Virus record (IMG/VR): IMGVR_UViG_3300023196_003249
Location: 1 to 64,000 of that record
Length of the DNA stretch: 64,000 nt
Direction: 5' to 3' (one strand)
From: a virus
Positions within the stretch are counted from its first letter, which is position 1. Each line of letters opens with the position of its first letter. Position numbers and translations under genes: made by a program. A model generated the notes under the pieces. That model ran no database searches, was not told where the DNA came from, and worked only from the letters and a program-made list of their open reading frames with translations. Below, in pieces: positions 36,536 through 44,384 of this stretch.

Positions 36536-36557
36536 CATTGAGCGGATCCGCTCAATG
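36536..36557. repeat. perfect 22-bp palindrome CATTGAGCGGATCCGCTCAATG
   Basis: Self-complementary. Centred in the divergent intergenic region 36458-36666. Confidence 0.9.
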
Positions 36558-36666
36558 GTAGCAAGGGTTTCAGCCGATAATTATTTTTGTTATTTTATTA
36601 ATTTTAAAAAAGTCTTGTTTATATCAATTATTTTATATAGTATTGCAAATGTAAGCACGTCACTAT

Positions 36667-36888
36667 ATGGCGTACATAAAATATCACAATATGAAAAACA
36701 TTATTCGAGAATTGCAAGTATGGGAATTTTTCACTGAAACAGAAAATGGTGAAGTTTCAATAGTTACTGAAAAAGAATGTAAATCACCTAAACGTACTAA
36801 GATATGGAAAGAATTACAACAAGGTTTAAATTCTGAAGTATATCATAGTGTAGGTTATCAAGTTAAAGATTTTGACCCATTAGATTAA
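36667..36888 (+). CDS. hypothetical protein
   Basis: First ORF of the rightward block. Confidence 0.45.
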   Translation: MAYIKYHNMKNIIRELQVWEFFTETENGEVSIVTEKECKSPKRTKIWKELQQGLNSEVYHSVGYQVKDFDPLD

Positions 36889-36918
36889 TCATTAAATTAA
36901 CAATAAAATAATAATATT

Positions 36919-37128
36919 ATGACAACTAAATTTTTAGAGTTACTAATGGAATTGGGTGACACGGCAAATGCTGATGAGTCACACGGTGAAGGTGTGGACA
37001 CTATCGACAGAGCACAAGACCACATAGAGTATTATGATGAGCGGCTGAAGTTGGTAATGGATGAGCAGAAAAGGATTAAGGCAGAACTGAAGAAGCAGTT
37101 TCCAGAGCTAGAGATGGATACGCCTTAG
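36919..37128 (+). CDS. hypothetical protein
   Basis: ORF. Confidence 0.45.
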   Translation: MTTKFLELLMELGDTANADESHGEGVDTIDRAQDHIEYYDERLKLVMDEQKRIKAELKKQFPELEMDTP

Positions 37129-37150
37129 TGGTGAGTCCAGGAAGCCGATG

Positions 37151-37164
37151 TACACAAATGTGTA
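37151..37164 (+). promoter_or_regulatory. ACACAAATGTGT box (TACACAAATGTGTA)
   Basis: Copy 1 of 11. Confidence 0.5.
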
Positions 37165-37222
37165 GTGTGGATTAGGATATGTCATCTATAAGCACTACAT
37201 TCACCACCTAAAGTTTATCCCT

Positions 37223-37408
37223 ATGAAGATACATACATTATTCGAGTTACAGAGTTACCAAGGTTATCACATCTTGAAGCACATATTGAATGAGGCAGAG
37301 TTACAGATATATTATAATACGCCATCTTGCAAGCGTGCTGAGATGTTAGCGAATAAGAGCGTGGTTAAAGTTGCTGAGAGGGTTGTGGTCGAGGCAGACA
37401 AGGAATAA
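37223..37408 (+). CDS. hypothetical protein
   Basis: ORF flanked by two ACACAAATGTGT boxes. Confidence 0.4.
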   Translation: MKIHTLFELQSYQGYHILKHILNEAELQIYYNTPSCKRAEMLANKSVVKVAERVVVEADKE

Positions 37409-37417
37409 AAATCAATG

Positions 37418-37431
37418 TACACAAATGTGTA
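37418..37431 (+). promoter_or_regulatory. ACACAAATGTGT box
   Basis: Copy 2. Confidence 0.5.
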
Positions 37432-37447
37432 GTTAAAAACAGATAAG

Positions 37448-37663
37448 ATGGATTTAAGAGTTACAACAGACCAAGAGAGAGAAGTATTAGAATGGTTGAA
37501 TGATTTAAGAGAGAAAGGAACAGTTGATATGTTCTTAGTAATCATGACCATTCAATATAAGTTTACCGTTTCTAAAGATGAGGCTAAGAGATTATTGGCG
37601 TTATGGGTTAGGAATTTCAATGATTCAGGGGCTTATGAGGATGTTATAAAAGATTGTAAGTAA
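37448..37663 (+). CDS. hypothetical protein
   Basis: ORF. Confidence 0.45.
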   Translation: MDLRVTTDQEREVLEWLNDLREKGTVDMFLVIMTIQYKFTVSKDEAKRLLALWVRNFNDSGAYEDVIKDCK

Positions 37664-37667
37664 AATA

Positions 37668-37699
37668 TTAGGTTATGTCAAATATATGTCATAAGTTTG
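37668..37699 (+). promoter_or_regulatory. TTAGGTTA-N16-TAagTTTG promoter subclass
   Basis: 32-nt architecture shared with five minus-strand copies. Confidence 0.45.
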
Positions 37700-37900
37700 C
37701 AGAGTGAAAGATATAAAGGATAGTATCTAAGTAAGAGGAAAGGATTTAAATCGATTCCTATTTCGCAAATAGTCGTAAAGTGTATTGGTATTACACCATT
37801 AGCTTGAATTACAAGTGTACATGACACCAAACGAAGTGTAAGAGCTTTATAAGCGATATAAATAAAAGCTATTCTTTTTAAAATATATTGTTGTTGTTGT
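37700..37900 (+). ncRNA. candidate small RNA (promoter to AGCTTT..AAAGCT hairpin and T run)
   Basis: 320-bp stretch with no credible ORF, a promoter at 37668-37699 and a terminator-like end near 37850-37880. Confidence 0.2.
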
Positions 37901-37917
37901 TGTTTTTTTAAGATTGG

Positions 37918-37981
37918 AAAGAGTGGGTTGTGAGATATCCCACTCTTTTTTTGTTTATATGAATTATTATGTTTACCTTTG
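37918..37981 (+). promoter_or_regulatory. terminator-promoter cassette family 2 (AGAGTGGG..CCCACTCT-T7-GTTTAT..TAccTTTG)
   Basis: Copy 1 of 3. An ATG follows 4 nt after the -7 box. Confidence 0.6.
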
Positions 37982-37985
37982 ACGT

Positions 37986-38174
37986 ATGAAAGATAATATA
38001 AAGAACCACATCGTAGTATTAGAGGGAGAACCAACTGAATGGTTAGTACTAGAAGATAACGGAGATAGAGTACTTGTTAAGGCTATCAACACTAAGTTAT
38101 CAATCCCACCAACAGAAACTTGTAACAAGAAGTTTATTATAAAAGTATCAGAAGAACCTATAAATATCAAATAA
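37986..38174 (+). CDS. hypothetical protein (leaderless-type start)
   Basis: ATG 4 nt after TAccTTTG. Confidence 0.5.
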   Translation: MKDNIKNHIVVLEGEPTEWLVLEDNGDRVLVKAINTKLSIPPTETCNKKFIIKVSEEPINIK

Positions 38175-38725
38175 TGAATATCACAGCAACAGAAACAAGA
38201 GTAGACATCGATTCACTAAGGGACATGGCATTAGATTTAATTGACACATCATATAGATATGGTAGTGATGATTATAAACTAACTGATATGGGTTGGAAGT
38301 TTAAATTCAACGATAGAAAGAGAGCGTTTGGTGTATGTAATCCGAGTAACAGAACAATTTACTTATCAACTTATTTACTAGAAACTACCGAAAGGGAAAT
38401 GAGTGGTTGGAAGAATACAATGATTCATGAAATTGCTCATGCAATCAATCATCATTTAGGTGGTAGAGGTCATGACTATCAATGGAGAAATATATTCTTA
38501 CATTTAGGTGGTAGTGGTGAAAGATGTTCGAGGGATGCAAAGAAGATTATTTCACTTGAGAATCCTACATCTAAATACACATTATCATGTGAAGAGGGTC
38601 ATTTATTCGCTAAACATAAGATGTCAAGAGGTAGTAATACTTGGTCTTGTCCTAAGTGTACCAAAGCACATGGATTAAGAGGTTATCAAGCACAATTCCC
38701 TTTAACTGTAACTAAAAACTATTAA
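38174..38725 (+). CDS. SprT-like zinc metalloprotease
   Basis: KFKFNDRKRAFGVC..IYLS, HEIAH (HExxH) and a C-terminal zinc ribbon C..GH..WSCPKC. Confidence 0.7.
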   Translation: MNITATETRVDIDSLRDMALDLIDTSYRYGSDDYKLTDMGWKFKFNDRKRAFGVCNPSNRTIYLSTYLLETTEREMSGWKNTMIHEIAHAINHHLGGRGHDYQWRNIFLHLGGSGERCSRDAKKIISLENPTSKYTLSCEEGHLFAKHKMSRGSNTWSCPKCTKAHGLRGYQAQFPLTVTKNY

Positions 38726-38726
38726 G

Positions 38727-39077
38727 ATGAAAGTAATTGTAAAGCAAATGTATCCAATATTAGAGGACTACTTTAGTTTAGGGGAAGAGATAACAATAAC
38801 CACTCATTTATATGAGGAGGATACTATAATAGTTCATCCAACTTATGTTACAACTTGCGATAGAGCATACAGAATTTCATATTCCACATACAAACTACAA
38901 GAAAGAATTGATAAAGGTGAGGTTGTAATGTTAGACCCACCCACCATAGCAAAAAAGGGTAGTTATAAAGACGCATCATTCACCAATGCAAAAGGAAATA
39001 CCTATGAAATTGATAGGTTGGTTGGGTTATTGGGTTATAATCGTGGCTCATTATCACATTTATTTGAAAAGTGTTAG
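38727..39077 (+). CDS. hypothetical protein
   Basis: ORF. Confidence 0.5.
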   Translation: MKVIVKQMYPILEDYFSLGEEITITTHLYEEDTIIVHPTYVTTCDRAYRISYSTYKLQERIDKGEVVMLDPPTIAKKGSYKDASFTNAKGNTYEIDRLVGLLGYNRGSLSHLFEKC

Positions 39078-39081
39078 GACA

Positions 39082-39318
39082 ATGGTAAAGGAATTACATT
39101 ATATGGAGGCTGTACATTTTCACCCAATGGATGATAATGGTAATGTAAGATGTCTTAATGGTTCGGCTCATATTAGGGCTACTAGAGACATCGAGGCTGT
39201 TACTTGTACCAAGTGCAAGGATAAGAACCACGCCAAGAACTTTTGGGCTGAGAAAGAGGCTGAGAAGCGAATGGGTAAGGTTGAATGGGCTAGACAAAAG
39301 AAACTATTGAATATATGA
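39082..39318 (+). CDS. hypothetical protein
   Basis: Start set to MVKELHY (Met33 of the track ORF) to avoid overlap with 38727..39077. Confidence 0.45.
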   Translation: MVKELHYMEAVHFHPMDDNGNVRCLNGSAHIRATRDIEAVTCTKCKDKNHAKNFWAEKEAEKRMGKVEWARQKKLLNI

Positions 39319-39431
39319 AAACCTTTAAGGAATTACTAGTAGAGGCTCAAAGTGATGATGAGGCTACTAGATTAGAAGCCCAAGCTGAAATAACAAAACG
39401 CCTCGATAAAATAGAGGCATTTGATAAATAA
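39315..39431 (+). CDS. small hypothetical protein (38 aa)
   Basis: ATGA overlap with the previous stop. Ends at the family-1 hairpin. Confidence 0.3.
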   Translation: MKTFKELLVEAQSDDEATRLEAQAEITKRLDKIEAFDK

Positions 39432-39474
39432 GACTATCATTTATTTGGTAGTCTTATTTTTTGTTGTATATTTG
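39431..39474 (+). promoter_or_regulatory. terminator-promoter cassette family 1 (AGACTATCA-tttatt-TGGTAGTCT, T run, TAtaTTTG)
   Basis: Copy 1 of 9. Confidence 0.65.
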
Positions 39475-39501
39475 CCTATCATTAACCGTTAAACCATTAT
39501 T

Positions 39502-39732
39502 ATGAGTATTACAAATTTCACACCACTTGAAAATGAATTATTTGAATTAGCTTCTGAATCAGATGTTATTCAAGATTATGATGAGAACTATTTAGCTCCA
39601 TTGAAAACCGTTGTTATCATTGACATCTGTAAAATCATTGCATCAGATAACACTGACAAATGGGGAATGATTGACTATGGAGATATCGAGAGAGTCGCCA
39701 AGGAAGTTACAATGATTGCCATTCATTCATAA
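39502..39732 (+). CDS. hypothetical protein
   Basis: ORF between two family-1 cassettes. Confidence 0.5.
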   Translation: MSITNFTPLENELFELASESDVIQDYDENYLAPLKTVVIIDICKIIASDNTDKWGMIDYGDIERVAKEVTMIAIHS

Positions 39733-39748
39733 CTTAATATTAATATAT

Positions 39749-39800
39749 TTGAAATAACTCTATCATTTATTTGGTAGGGTTATTTTTTTGTTTATATTTG
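39749..39800 (+). promoter_or_regulatory. terminator-promoter cassette family 1 (TTGAAATAACTCTATCA-tttatt-TGGTAGGGTT)
   Basis: Copy 2. Confidence 0.65.
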
Positions 39801-39829
39801 CCTATCATTAATCATTAAAATATCATATT

Positions 39830-40096
39830 ATGACCACAGAGTACACATATTGGGAAACAGAAACACATCAGGAAAAACAAGACAGATTAAGATTACTACC
39901 TTTTAGGGGTTCAACCATTAACTTAATTGATAAGAGTGGTAAAACCTCAGATGATGAGTACAGCCTTTTACACACCTTACCTTATTCAATTGGTGACTAC
40001 ATTACAAGCCACGACCAAACTTATAAAATAGTAGAGATAGATTGGTGTTTAGACAACCAACGCCAATACGTAACAGCCCACAAAGTAAAACGTTAA
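39830..40096 (+). CDS. hypothetical protein
   Basis: ORF followed by a terminator. Confidence 0.5.
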   Translation: MTTEYTYWETETHQEKQDRLRLLPFRGSTINLIDKSGKTSDDEYSLLHTLPYSIGDYITSHDQTYKIVEIDWCLDNQRQYVTAHKVKR

Positions 40097-40113
40097 CCTC
40101 AACACACTTAACA

Positions 40114-40138
40114 AGCCTCCTTTCTGGGGGCTTTTTTT
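40114..40138 (+). terminator. rho-independent terminator AGCCTCC-tttct-GGGGGCT + T7
   Basis: 7-bp stem with one G-U pair, then a T run. Confidence 0.7.
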
Positions 40139-40139
40139 A

Positions 40140-40640
40140 TGCCCGATAGTTACATAGCCTGGGGAAGAAAATTCCCTGATGATATATTGCCGGATGTTAC
40201 CAGATAAGGTTCCTTCCCGGAGGCTTCCCCCAATCAGGTTGACCTGGTAATCGGGGTCCTTCCAGTGCGGGAACCTTCAGCATTTGCAGGTCCTGCAGCA
40301 GGTTTCCCTGATGGTCCCAGCTCCAGAATTCCCGGCACCGCTTCCCTGATGAGGGTCCTGATGATATGCCAGATATTGCCGGATGTTGCTGCTTCCCGGT
40401 GCCTGACCAGCTCCAGCGGCAACCAGGTTAAGGTCCTGATGGTTCCTGCTCCGGGTATTAGGCTTCCCGGTGGTCCTTTGCCGGGCTTCCTAGCTCCAGG
40501 TCCTTCGTCCTGATGTGGGTCCTGATTCCCGGGTGGTCCTGACCAGAGTGGTTCCTTCCGGCGGACCTGATTCCTGACCAGAATAACCTGATAATCAGGT
40601 TGGCCGCCCCTGATGAGGGTCCTGAAAGAAATATACGATT
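40140..40640 (+). repeat. GC-rich ORF-free island dense in same-strand GGTCCT, CCTGA(T/C) and CCGG words
   Basis: About 9 GGTCCT, about 14 CCTGA and about 12 CCGG in 500 bp, all in plus orientation. Two of the three plus frames carry several stops; the third is open for ~102 low-complexity Pro/Gly-rich codons with no ATG at its 5' end. Confidence 0.8.
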
Positions 40641-40698
40641 TTCCTTGTGGGTTAATTAGGAACCACTTATATTTGTAATATCTTAAAACAACGATATT

Positions 40699-41028
40699 AT
40701 GACAGTAGCAACAATTATCAAAGAAGACGAAGACAACGGAAGTTTAATTTTCAATTATGGATTAATGCATAATTTAGCACAATTCGGAGCCGTTAGTGCT
40801 TATGCGGGAATATGTGGAGGCGGTTATGAGGCTGCATTTCAATGGGCAGACCATAACGTGGCAGACATTAACGAAGTAGAAAACAGCAAGTACAAAGGTT
40901 GGATTATTACAGATTTAATGGGAGTCGAAAGAAAGGTTTATATCAAAAAATCAATTTTAAATATCAAAACAAATAATTGGAAATATGCATTTAATCTTTT
41001 CAAAAAATATCTAACAGTAAAACAATAA
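40699..41028 (+). CDS. hypothetical protein
   Basis: ORF. Confidence 0.5.
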   Translation: MTVATIIKEDEDNGSLIFNYGLMHNLAQFGAVSAYAGICGGGYEAAFQWADHNVADINEVENSKYKGWIITDLMGVERKVYIKKSILNIKTNNWKYAFNLFKKYLTVKQ

Positions 41029-41064
41029 TTATCATTACATTTACAATATCTTAAAACAAACATT

Positions 41065-41442
41065 ATGAACATTGAAACACTTATCGACAAATTAGTAGAG
41101 AACGGAAACAAAGCAACCTTGAAAGGTATCGAGCAGACACTTGAACAAGCAACCTATGAGGCATCATGTGGTAATGAGGTCGAGGCTATAACCCGCTTAA
41201 TTAATCGTATGTATCCAAGTAAACTTTTGGTAATAGCAAAAGAGATTGGGGCATTTTATGGAGCAGTAACCAAAGATGGTTATGAGGCATATTATTCGGC
41301 TGAGGATGCTATTAACGAAGAGTTTATGGAGTTTGTTGACCTTAAAACTAATAAGCCTCATCTGTTTCTTGAGAAAGAGGCTGATGATATCAGAGCAATC
41401 TATCCACAGTTCTTCGAGGCTGAGGAGGTCGAGGCTGAATAG
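41065..41442 (+). CDS. hypothetical protein
   Basis: ORF. Confidence 0.5.
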   Translation: MNIETLIDKLVENGNKATLKGIEQTLEQATYEASCGNEVEAITRLINRMYPSKLLVIAKEIGAFYGAVTKDGYEAYYSAEDAINEEFMEFVDLKTNKPHLFLEKEADDIRAIYPQFFEAEEVEAE

Positions 41443-41529
41443 TTAGAGAGAATAGGTATAAGGTAACCCCTAATCATTTAAAAGTGGTTAGGGGTTGTTT
41501 ATTTAACGAAATAGTAGTATATTTGCATT

Positions 41530-41742
41530 ATGAGAGAAATTATAGATTATAAGATAGTAACAAACAAGTCACCTTCAGAATTAACTACGAAGGTATTAGA
41601 CTTGATGAAGGAAGGTTGGAGTCCAGTAGGCTCACATCAAGCACTAACCACAGAGAGTTATGACCAGTACTCAGGTAACCAGCACCGTGCAATCAAATAC
41701 ACAAATGTGTATAGCCAGACGGTAGTAATGTACGCAGAGTAA
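41530..41742 (+). CDS. small protein, possibly DUF1737-like
   Basis: IDYKIV...L...EGWSPVG pattern (from memory). Contains an ACACAAATGTGT box. Confidence 0.4.
   Translation: MREIIDYKIVTNKSPSELTTKVLDLMKEGWSPVGSHQALTTESYDQYSGNQHRAIKYTNVYSQTVVMYAE
41698..41711 (+). promoter_or_regulatory. ACACAAATGTGT box (intragenic)
   Basis: Copy 3. Confidence 0.35.
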
Positions 41743-42623
41743 TGAATGTACTATCAACCTTTAATGGAATGGGATGTATCTGGTTAGCGTTAGACCAGCT
41801 GGGGATTACAGTTGATACCCGGTACTCAAGTGAGATAGATAAGTATGCCAACCTGATAAACGATAAGAACTATCCGGATACTATCCAGCTGGGAGACATC
41901 CGGGACATCAGGGCGAAGGACCTGAACCCGGTAGACTTGCTGGTAGGCGGTTCCCCGTGTCAGAACCTGAGTCTGGCTGTAATAAACAACCTGATGCATA
42001 ATCAAGGCCTTGCCGGGGAGAAGTCTAAACTATTCTATGAGTTCTTACGCCTGAAGGAAGAAACTAACCCGACCTATTTCCTTCTGGAGAACGTGGGAAG
42101 TATGAAGAAGGGTGATATGGATGCTATTAGTTACGCTCTGGGTGTGGAACCTGTCCGGATTAACAGCAACCTGGTATCAGCGCAGGACCGTGACCGGCTG
42201 TACTGGACTAATATAGATGTGCCGGAAGGACCTGATGACCGGGGCATAAACCTAGGAGATATAGTTATGGCACCAGATCTGGTGCCAGGTAAGTATTGGT
42301 ACAATAAGCCCTTCGAATATAAAGGTCCTGATGCGAAGGTCCAAGCTATTCTGGGGATAAATGGCCATGATATACTCAAGAGGGTATATAACCAGTCCGG
42401 GAAGTGTGGTACCCTGACGAAGGTATCCGGTGGCTCCCAGCAAAAGAAGGTTTATCAGGACGGAAGGTGTAGGAAGTTGATGCCGGAAGAGTATGAAGCC
42501 CTTCAAACGGTACCATCAGGTTATACTGAAGGAGTATCAGACACCCAACGCTGGAATATGTTGGGGAATGGTTGGACGGTGGATGTCATCTCACATATAC
42601 TTTCTGGGATGTTAGGTTATTAA
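41742..42623 (+). CDS. dcm: DNA (cytosine-5)-methyltransferase
   Basis: Motif I FNGMGC, motif IV GGSPCQNLS, motif VI LLENV and C-terminal LGNGWTVDVI. GC-richer than its surroundings. Confidence 0.9.
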   Translation: MNVLSTFNGMGCIWLALDQLGITVDTRYSSEIDKYANLINDKNYPDTIQLGDIRDIRAKDLNPVDLLVGGSPCQNLSLAVINNLMHNQGLAGEKSKLFYEFLRLKEETNPTYFLLENVGSMKKGDMDAISYALGVEPVRINSNLVSAQDRDRLYWTNIDVPEGPDDRGINLGDIVMAPDLVPGKYWYNKPFEYKGPDAKVQAILGINGHDILKRVYNQSGKCGTLTKVSGGSQQKKVYQDGRCRKLMPEEYEALQTVPSGYTEGVSDTQRWNMLGNGWTVDVISHILSGMLGY

Positions 42624-42667
42624 ATATATTATACTTATCTTTGTTGCTTAATCATAAAACAATAAAG

Positions 42668-43204
42668 ATGAAATTATCAGAAAAAGCAAAAGAATGGGTT
42701 ATTACTATTGGAATAGTACTAGGCGTTATGTTAGTTTTCGCAGTAGGAGGAATTTGGATTATTAGAGCTGACAACATTAAAGATTCAGAGTTAAGAGTGT
42801 GTAGCTTTGAAGAAGATGGTAAGACCTATTACATTTACTTAGATGAGATTAGTGAATATCAGAATTATGTTCACCTTGGTTCTGTAATCGTATATCCAAA
42901 CGATAGTCTAACTAAGGATGAATATCAACTTTTACTTGCAGAAGAAAGAACAAAACGCTATGAGGAAGCAAAGACTACTAAACTATATCACTTTACGTTA
43001 AAAGAGGGCATATTACTTGACCATGTTGATTCGGAAACGATAATGAAACGTAAGGACGATACATTTAATCCAACTAATGACGCAAGAATTAACTTTATAG
43101 CAAATATATCTATTAGAGCGAATGAGAAGATATTTAGAGAAGCAGAAGCAAAGAAAAAGGAATTAGAACGTTTAAGAGAGGTTGAAGCGTTACAATGTGA
43201 TTAG
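42668..43204 (+). CDS. membrane-anchored protein
   Basis: Start set to MKLSEKAKEW after the TAtcTTTG box. N-terminal TM helix. Confidence 0.5.
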   Translation: MKLSEKAKEWVITIGIVLGVMLVFAVGGIWIIRADNIKDSELRVCSFEEDGKTYYIYLDEISEYQNYVHLGSVIVYPNDSLTKDEYQLLLAEERTKRYEEAKTTKLYHFTLKEGILLDHVDSETIMKRKDDTFNPTNDARINFIANISIRANEKIFREAEAKKKELERLREVEALQCD

Positions 43205-43220
43205 ATAATACCACATTAAT

Positions 43221-43273
43221 TTGAAATAACTCTATCATTTATTTGGTAGGGTTATTTTTTTGTTATAGATTTG
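43221..43273 (+). promoter_or_regulatory. terminator-promoter cassette family 1
   Basis: Copy 3. The -7 box is TAgaTTTG. Confidence 0.65.
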
Positions 43274-43277
43274 AGGT

Positions 43278-43370
43278 ATGGAAATTATATGCGAAATTAT
43301 ATTATGGACATTAGTGATAGGTTTGTTGATAACAGGTATCGTTGGTGTTGTAGGTAACGAAATGAATTAA
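43278..43370 (+). CDS. 30-aa hydrophobic peptide (leaderless-type start)
   Basis: ATG 4 nt after the -7 box. Translation MEIICEIILWTLVIGLLITGIVGVVGNEMN. Confidence 0.3.
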   Translation: MEIICEIILWTLVIGLLITGIVGVVGNEMN

Positions 43371-43384
43371 CTAAATAGATAAAC

Positions 43385-43603
43385 ATGAAAATTAAAGGAT
43401 TAAGCATTAAATTGCTAACATGGAGTAAAGTAAGAGATGAGTTCAACTATCCAAAAGAGGATGATAACGGTGGCTTCGAGCATGGTTTCGAGTTTATCGT
43501 TGAAGAGGATGAGTATAAACCAGATACTCAATGGTTTAAACTTGAAAGCGACATGTACACCTTTATAAATAGGAATGAATTAAAAGTTATAGTTGTTGTG
43601 TGA
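43385..43603 (+). CDS. hypothetical protein
   Basis: ORF. Confidence 0.45.
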   Translation: MKIKGLSIKLLTWSKVRDEFNYPKEDDNGGFEHGFEFIVEEDEYKPDTQWFKLESDMYTFINRNELKVIVVV

Positions 43604-43623
43604 TTATATATTGTAGATGTTTT

Positions 43624-43686
43624 GAGAGTGGGTCGTGAGATAGCCCACTCTTTTTTTGTTTATATGAATTATTATTTATATCTTTG
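43624..43686 (+). promoter_or_regulatory. terminator-promoter cassette family 2
   Basis: Copy 2. The -7 box is TAtcTTTG. Confidence 0.6.
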
Positions 43687-43690
43687 CTGT

Positions 43691-43975
43691 ATGGAAAACA
43701 CAATAAGAGAAATACTCGAAGACCAATTAAAGGATTTTACCGTTAGACAAATGGAACGCAGAGGCGTATGGTATAATAACCATATTGATAGATGCGTTAC
43801 TACCTACGATTACATTCAAATAGGTGCAAAGGTTAGGCTAAACATTAATAATGTATTAGAGATGCATACGGTTAAGGCTGTTGAGATGATACCACCAAGT
43901 TTTAGTGGTGATAGTATTCACGTTATCTTATCTAATGGGTATAGATGTCATTATTACGAATTATTACCAAACTAA
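43691..43975 (+). CDS. hypothetical protein (leaderless-type start)
   Basis: Start set to MENTIREIL, 4 nt after the -7 box. Confidence 0.5.
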   Translation: MENTIREILEDQLKDFTVRQMERRGVWYNNHIDRCVTTYDYIQIGAKVRLNINNVLEMHTVKAVEMIPPSFSGDSIHVILSNGYRCHYYELLPN

Positions 43976-43981
43976 CATATT

Positions 43982-44224
43982 ATGAAACAATTAGCATTAT
44001 TTTTAGTAACAAGTGGATTATCATTTCAATACTTTAGTACCACACATAGTTTTATATGGACTAAATATGACGGTGATAAGATTCCAAGAGGTGAATATTT
44101 CTTCGAGTTCAGAGAAGACGGTACTATTTACTATGTAATAAACAATAACGATTTACATACCTTTATCAAAATGGATGATGTAGGGGCTGTACAAGAGTTT
44201 ATCAAGGCGATAAATAACAATTAA
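43982..44224 (+). CDS. hypothetical protein
   Basis: ORF. Confidence 0.45.
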   Translation: MKQLALFLVTSGLSFQYFSTTHSFIWTKYDGDKIPRGEYFFEFREDGTIYYVINNNDLHTFIKMDDVGAVQEFIKAINNN

Positions 44225-44225
44225 G

Positions 44226-44384
44226 ATGAAAAAGAAAATAGGGACGGTAACAGTAGAACAGCAAATGAAAGCCATTAAGAAAGGCAATAGAGAGGCTGAA
44301 CTCGAACAAAGTCCAGGATGGGTGGCTAAACATAAGGTTCACGCCTCAGATAAGACATATACACGTAAAAAAAAACATAAATAA
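44226..44384 (+). CDS. small basic protein (52 aa)
   Basis: My translation: MKKKIGTVTVEQQMKAIKKGNREAELEQSPGWVAKHKVH.. Below the track cutoff. Confidence 0.35.
   Translation: MKKKIGTVTVEQQMKAIKKGNREAELEQSPGWVAKHKVHASDKTYTRKKKHK

Noticed and set aside
37773-37834. tRNA-like cloverleaf (TCGT..ACGA acceptor, GTGTA/TACAC arm, CTTG/CAAG arm)
   Set aside because: It is only about 62 nt, with a 4-bp acceptor, a 5-nt anticodon loop and no T-loop consensus (GTTCRANYC). The third arm conflicts with the second. It is not a tRNA.
37888-37909. (TTG)5 microsatellite followed by T7
   Set aside because: It is real but short, and it is probably just part of the T-rich terminator context. There is no evidence of function.
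37678-38170. Minus-strand ORFs 37678..38034 and 37973..38170
   Set aside because: They run opposite to the rightward block and overlap a promoter cassette and the CDS 37986..38174. Their sequence is hydrophobic and low-complexity, typical of AT-rich antisense frames.
40208-40513. ORFs 40265..40513 (+, GTG start) and 40234..40422 (-) inside the GC-rich island as protein-coding genes
   Set aside because: Both are Pro/Gly/Ser low-complexity, have no ATG at the 5' end and no promoter box, and the other frames are riddled with TGA from the CCTGA repeats. I treat the island as noncoding or decayed.
44365-44373. A9 run near the end of the small ORF 44226..44384 as a third recoding site
   Set aside because: The -1 frame terminates after four codons (N I N N stop), and the next gene has its own promoter. 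No extended product is possible.
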